From contig OZ245818.1 of NCBI GenBank assembly GCA_965228435.1, positions 6,841,518 through 6,905,517 on the forward strand: a DNA stretch of 64,000 bases, read 5' to 3'. The notes under the pieces were generated by a model. The model was given only the letters and a program-made list of their open reading frames with translations. It searched no databases and was not told the origin of the DNA. Both the position numbers and the translations under genes were made by a program. This DNA is from Hoeflea sp. (GTDB lineage: Bacteria > Pseudomonadota > Alphaproteobacteria > Rhizobiales > Rhizobiaceae). This document shows positions 61,455-64,000 of this stretch, piece by piece. The stretch's first letter is position 1. Every line of letters starts with the position of its first letter.

Positions 61455-63827
61455 TCACACCGGCGTCGGTATCGGCTTTCCCGAGGTCAGACTCGCCACT
61501 CTTTGCACAATCGTGTCGGCATCAATTCCGAAGTGCGCGTACAGATCGCCGATTGTGCCGGTTTGGCCAAAGTGCTCCACGCCGAGCGGAAGGGTTTTGT
61601 GCCCGCACACACTTCCCAACCAGGAGAGTGTTGCCGGGTGACCATCGATAACGGTGACCAATCTGCAATGCGTGGGTAGCGCCTGCATGAGGCTTTCAAC
61701 ATGACACGTGGCCCGTGTGATGCCGCGAGAGCGTGCTCTCTGTGCGGCTGACCAGCCAGCGTTCAATCGATCGGCAGACGTAACTGCCAAAACACCGATA
61801 TCACGCCGGCTTTCCGCGATCAGGCCGGCTGCTCTGACGGCTTCCGGCGCGACGGCCCCCTGATAGGCAATGACGACATCGCAATTGGGACCAGGCTGGC
61901 GAAGCCAATAGGCCCCATCGATGGCACCCTGTCGGAACGCATCGTCATTGCGTTTGCCGGGCTGCTCGATGGGATTGGTGGTGAGACGCAGATAGACGGA
62001 GCCGCCGGTTTCATCCCGCAACCATGTTCGTTCGTCCGGGTCGCCTTCCCCGTCCCGCTGCATGTAGTCGAAGGCCCACTCCATGATCACCGCAAGTTCG
62101 TCCGCAAATGCCGGCTCGAAAGAGGCCAGCCCGTCCTGGGACATGCCAATCAACGGAGAGCCGATGGATTGATGCGCGCCGCCCTCAGGGGCCAACGTGG
62201 TACCGGACGGGGTTCCGACCAGCATGAAGCGGGCGTCCTGGTAGCATGCGTAATTCAGAGCATCGAGCCCTCGGGCGACGAAGGGATCATAGACGGTTCC
62301 GATTGGAATCAATCGCTTGCCAAAGAGACTGTGGCTAAGCCCGGCAGCTCCGAGCAGAAGCATGAGGTTCATTTCTGCAATGCCCAACTCGATATGCTGA
62401 CCCTGGGGTGTGAACTCCCATTTTGCAGTTGATGGAATGCGATGTTCTATAAATGCATCCGACTGTGGAGTACGAGCGAAGAGCTTGCGGCGATTTACCC
62501 ATGGGCCAAGGCTGGTCGTACCCGTCACATCGGGTGAGGTCGTGACTATCCGAGCCGCGAGTTCGCTGTCTCCTTTGGAGAGATCGTCGAGGAATTTTCC
62601 GAACGCAGTCTGGGTTGAAATCTCGCGATCCGGGTTAAGTTCTATTGCCGGTACGGCAAGTGCTGCATCGGAAAAGCGGCGGGGTCCCTTCGCGAAAAAG
62701 GGAACCTTTGAAAGAAAGCTCCGCAGCGCCTCCGGTTCATCAACTGTCGCAAATGGATCCCATTCCTCGCCTTCCGCCACGCCCATATGCGCTTGCCAGG
62801 CCGCGAACTGTGTTCTGTTCATCAGTCCGCCATGATTGTCTTTGTGTCCGGCGATCGGCGTGCCCCATCCCTTGATGGTGTAGGCCAGAAAACAGGTCGG
62901 CCGATCGTGATCGACGGACGCGAATGTCTCAGCCATGGTTTCCACACAGTTGCCGCCCAGATTTTCCATCAAGGCCGCGAGCTCGACGTCGCTGCGTCGT
63001 TCGATCAGTGAAGTGACATCTCCCTGGTCACCGAGGTCATCCATCAGGCGTTTGCGCCACACAGCGCCACCCATGAATGTCAGCGCTGAATAGTCCTGAT
63101 TTGGGCAGTCATCGATCCAGTCGCGCAGCTTGTCCCCGCCTGGTTCCTCAAACGCCGCGCGTTGCAAAACGCCATGCTTGACCCGCACGACATCCCAACC
63201 AAAGGCGTCAAAGATCTTTTCGACCCGCTCGAACAGGCCTTCTCGCACAATGCCATCGAGCGATTGCCGGTTGTAGTCGACGATCCACCACGTGTTCCGC
63301 AGATCATTTTTCCAACCCTCCTGCAGACACTCATAGACATTACCTTCGTCGAGTTCAGCATCGCCCACGAGCGCAACCATCCGCCCCATCGGAGCGCCCT
63401 GCCCCCAATCCTTCGCTGCGATGTAGTCCTGGATCAGAGATGCGAAGGATGTGATTGCAACACCCAATCCAACAGAGCCGGTGGAAAAGTCCACGTCATC
63501 GACATCTTTCGTGCGGCTCGGATAACTCTGGACACCGCCAAAACCCCGAAAGTTCTCCATCCTTTCACGGCTCTGATTGCCCATCAGGTATTGCATTGCG
63601 TGAAAGATCGGTGAGGCGTGAGGTTTGACAGCCACGCGATCCTCGGACCGCAGGGCAGAGAAGTAGAGCGCGGTCATGATCGAGACGATTGAGGCAGAAG
63701 AAGCCTGGTGTCCGCCCACTTTGATGCCGTCCACCTTTGGTCGAAGGTTGTTGGCGTTGTGGATCATCCAGTGAGAAAGCCACAAAAGCTGTTTTTCAAT
63801 GACCTTGAGTTGGCCGATATCACCCAT
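61455..63827 (-). CDS. Single-chain ThDP-dependent 2-oxoacid dehydrogenase E1 / transketolase-like protein (AceE/MdeB-like)
   Basis: KVGGHQASSAS, FSTGSVGLG, ThDP motif GDAELDEG...IVDYNRQSLDG, ELGIAEMN, TLAPEGGAHQS and LGVEHFGQTG. Confidence 0.9.
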   Translation of the reverse strand: MGDIGQLKVIEKQLLWLSHWMIHNANNLRPKVDGIKVGGHQASSASIVSIMTALYFSALRSEDRVAVKPHASPIFHAMQYLMGNQSRERMENFRGFGGVQSYPSRTKDVDDVDFSTGSVGLGVAITSFASLIQDYIAAKDWGQGAPMGRMVALVGDAELDEGNVYECLQEGWKNDLRNTWWIVDYNRQSLDGIVREGLFERVEKIFDAFGWDVVRVKHGVLQRAAFEEPGGDKLRDWIDDCPNQDYSALTFMGGAVWRKRLMDDLGDQGDVTSLIERRSDVELAALMENLGGNCVETMAETFASVDHDRPTCFLAYTIKGWGTPIAGHKDNHGGLMNRTQFAAWQAHMGVAEGEEWDPFATVDEPEALRSFLSKVPFFAKGPRRFSDAALAVPAIELNPDREISTQTAFGKFLDDLSKGDSELAARIVTTSPDVTGTTSLGPWVNRRKLFARTPQSDAFIEHRIPSTAKWEFTPQGQHIELGIAEMNLMLLLGAAGLSHSLFGKRLIPIGTVYDPFVARGLDALNYACYQDARFMLVGTPSGTTLAPEGGAHQSIGSPLIGMSQDGLASFEPAFADELAVIMEWAFDYMQRDGEGDPDERTWLRDETGGSVYLRLTTNPIEQPGKRNDDAFRQGAIDGAYWLRQPGPNCDVVIAYQGAVAPEAVRAAGLIAESRRDIGVLAVTSADRLNAGWSAAQRARSRGITRATCHVESLMQALPTHCRLVTVIDGHPATLSWLGSVCGHKTLPLGVEHFGQTGTIGDLYAHFGIDADTIVQRVASLTSGKPIPTPV

Positions 63828-63954
63828 GGCAAAGCTCCTTTGCGACAGAATACGGCGGAACCAACACGATTTTTCAGCAAGAATTTATGGAGTTCAACGC
63901 ATTCTTGATGATATCAAGCGTTGAACCGCAGCTTTGCGATGGATATTCGCGCCG

Positions 63955-64000
63955 ATGTCAAATTCTTTGGATGATCTTGATCGCAAGATTCTGCGTGAGC
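63955..64000 (+). CDS. Lrp/AsnC-family regulator, N-terminal fragment (runs off the window)
   Basis: ATG 63955 encodes MSNSLDDLDRKILRE, the canonical Lrp/AsnC start LDxxDxKIL. It is divergent from the E1-like gene. Confidence 0.75.
   Translation, partial: MSNSLDDLDRKILRE

Noticed and set aside
63905-63917. FNR/FixK-like box TTGAT...ATCAA
   Set aside because: The spacer is 3 nt (GAT), not the required 4 nt.

Overview
This is a 64 kb chromosomal window from an alphaproteobacterium. Protein sequences and gene order point to the Hyphomicrobiales/Rhizobiales (inference). It is dominated by the minus-strand translation/transcription supercluster: tRNA-Tyr, tRNA-Gly, tuf, tRNA-Trp, secE-nusG-rplKAJL-rpoBC, rpsLG-fusA-tuf, S10, spc, and secY-adk-rpsMK-rpoA-rplQ. 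It continues through the DegQ-RarA-CrcB-RluA-HAD-ATP12 cluster. Three accessory insertions interrupt this core. (1) About 7 kb between rpoC and rpsL encodes two paralogous Ca-binding surface proteins (7 x ~60-aa repeats, RTX motifs, C-terminal DUF4214-like domain). They flank a LuxR-type regulator, and a perfect 20-bp palindrome lies upstream of the larger gene. (2) Between secE and the 3' end of tRNA-Trp lie an RTX/DUF4114 protein with 24 uninterrupted nonapeptides and a small phage-type protein. (3) A methyltransferase/ABM/AraC/LysR/old-yellow-enzyme block sits between rplQ and the DegQ-family gene. The left end carries a fatty-acid catabolism pair and two regulators. The right end carries rlmB, an EipA-like exported protein, a single-chain AceE-like ThDP enzyme and the start of a divergent Lrp/AsnC gene. 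I saw no CRISPR array, transposase, integrase or rRNA. All family assignments come from motif recognition by eye, not database searches.
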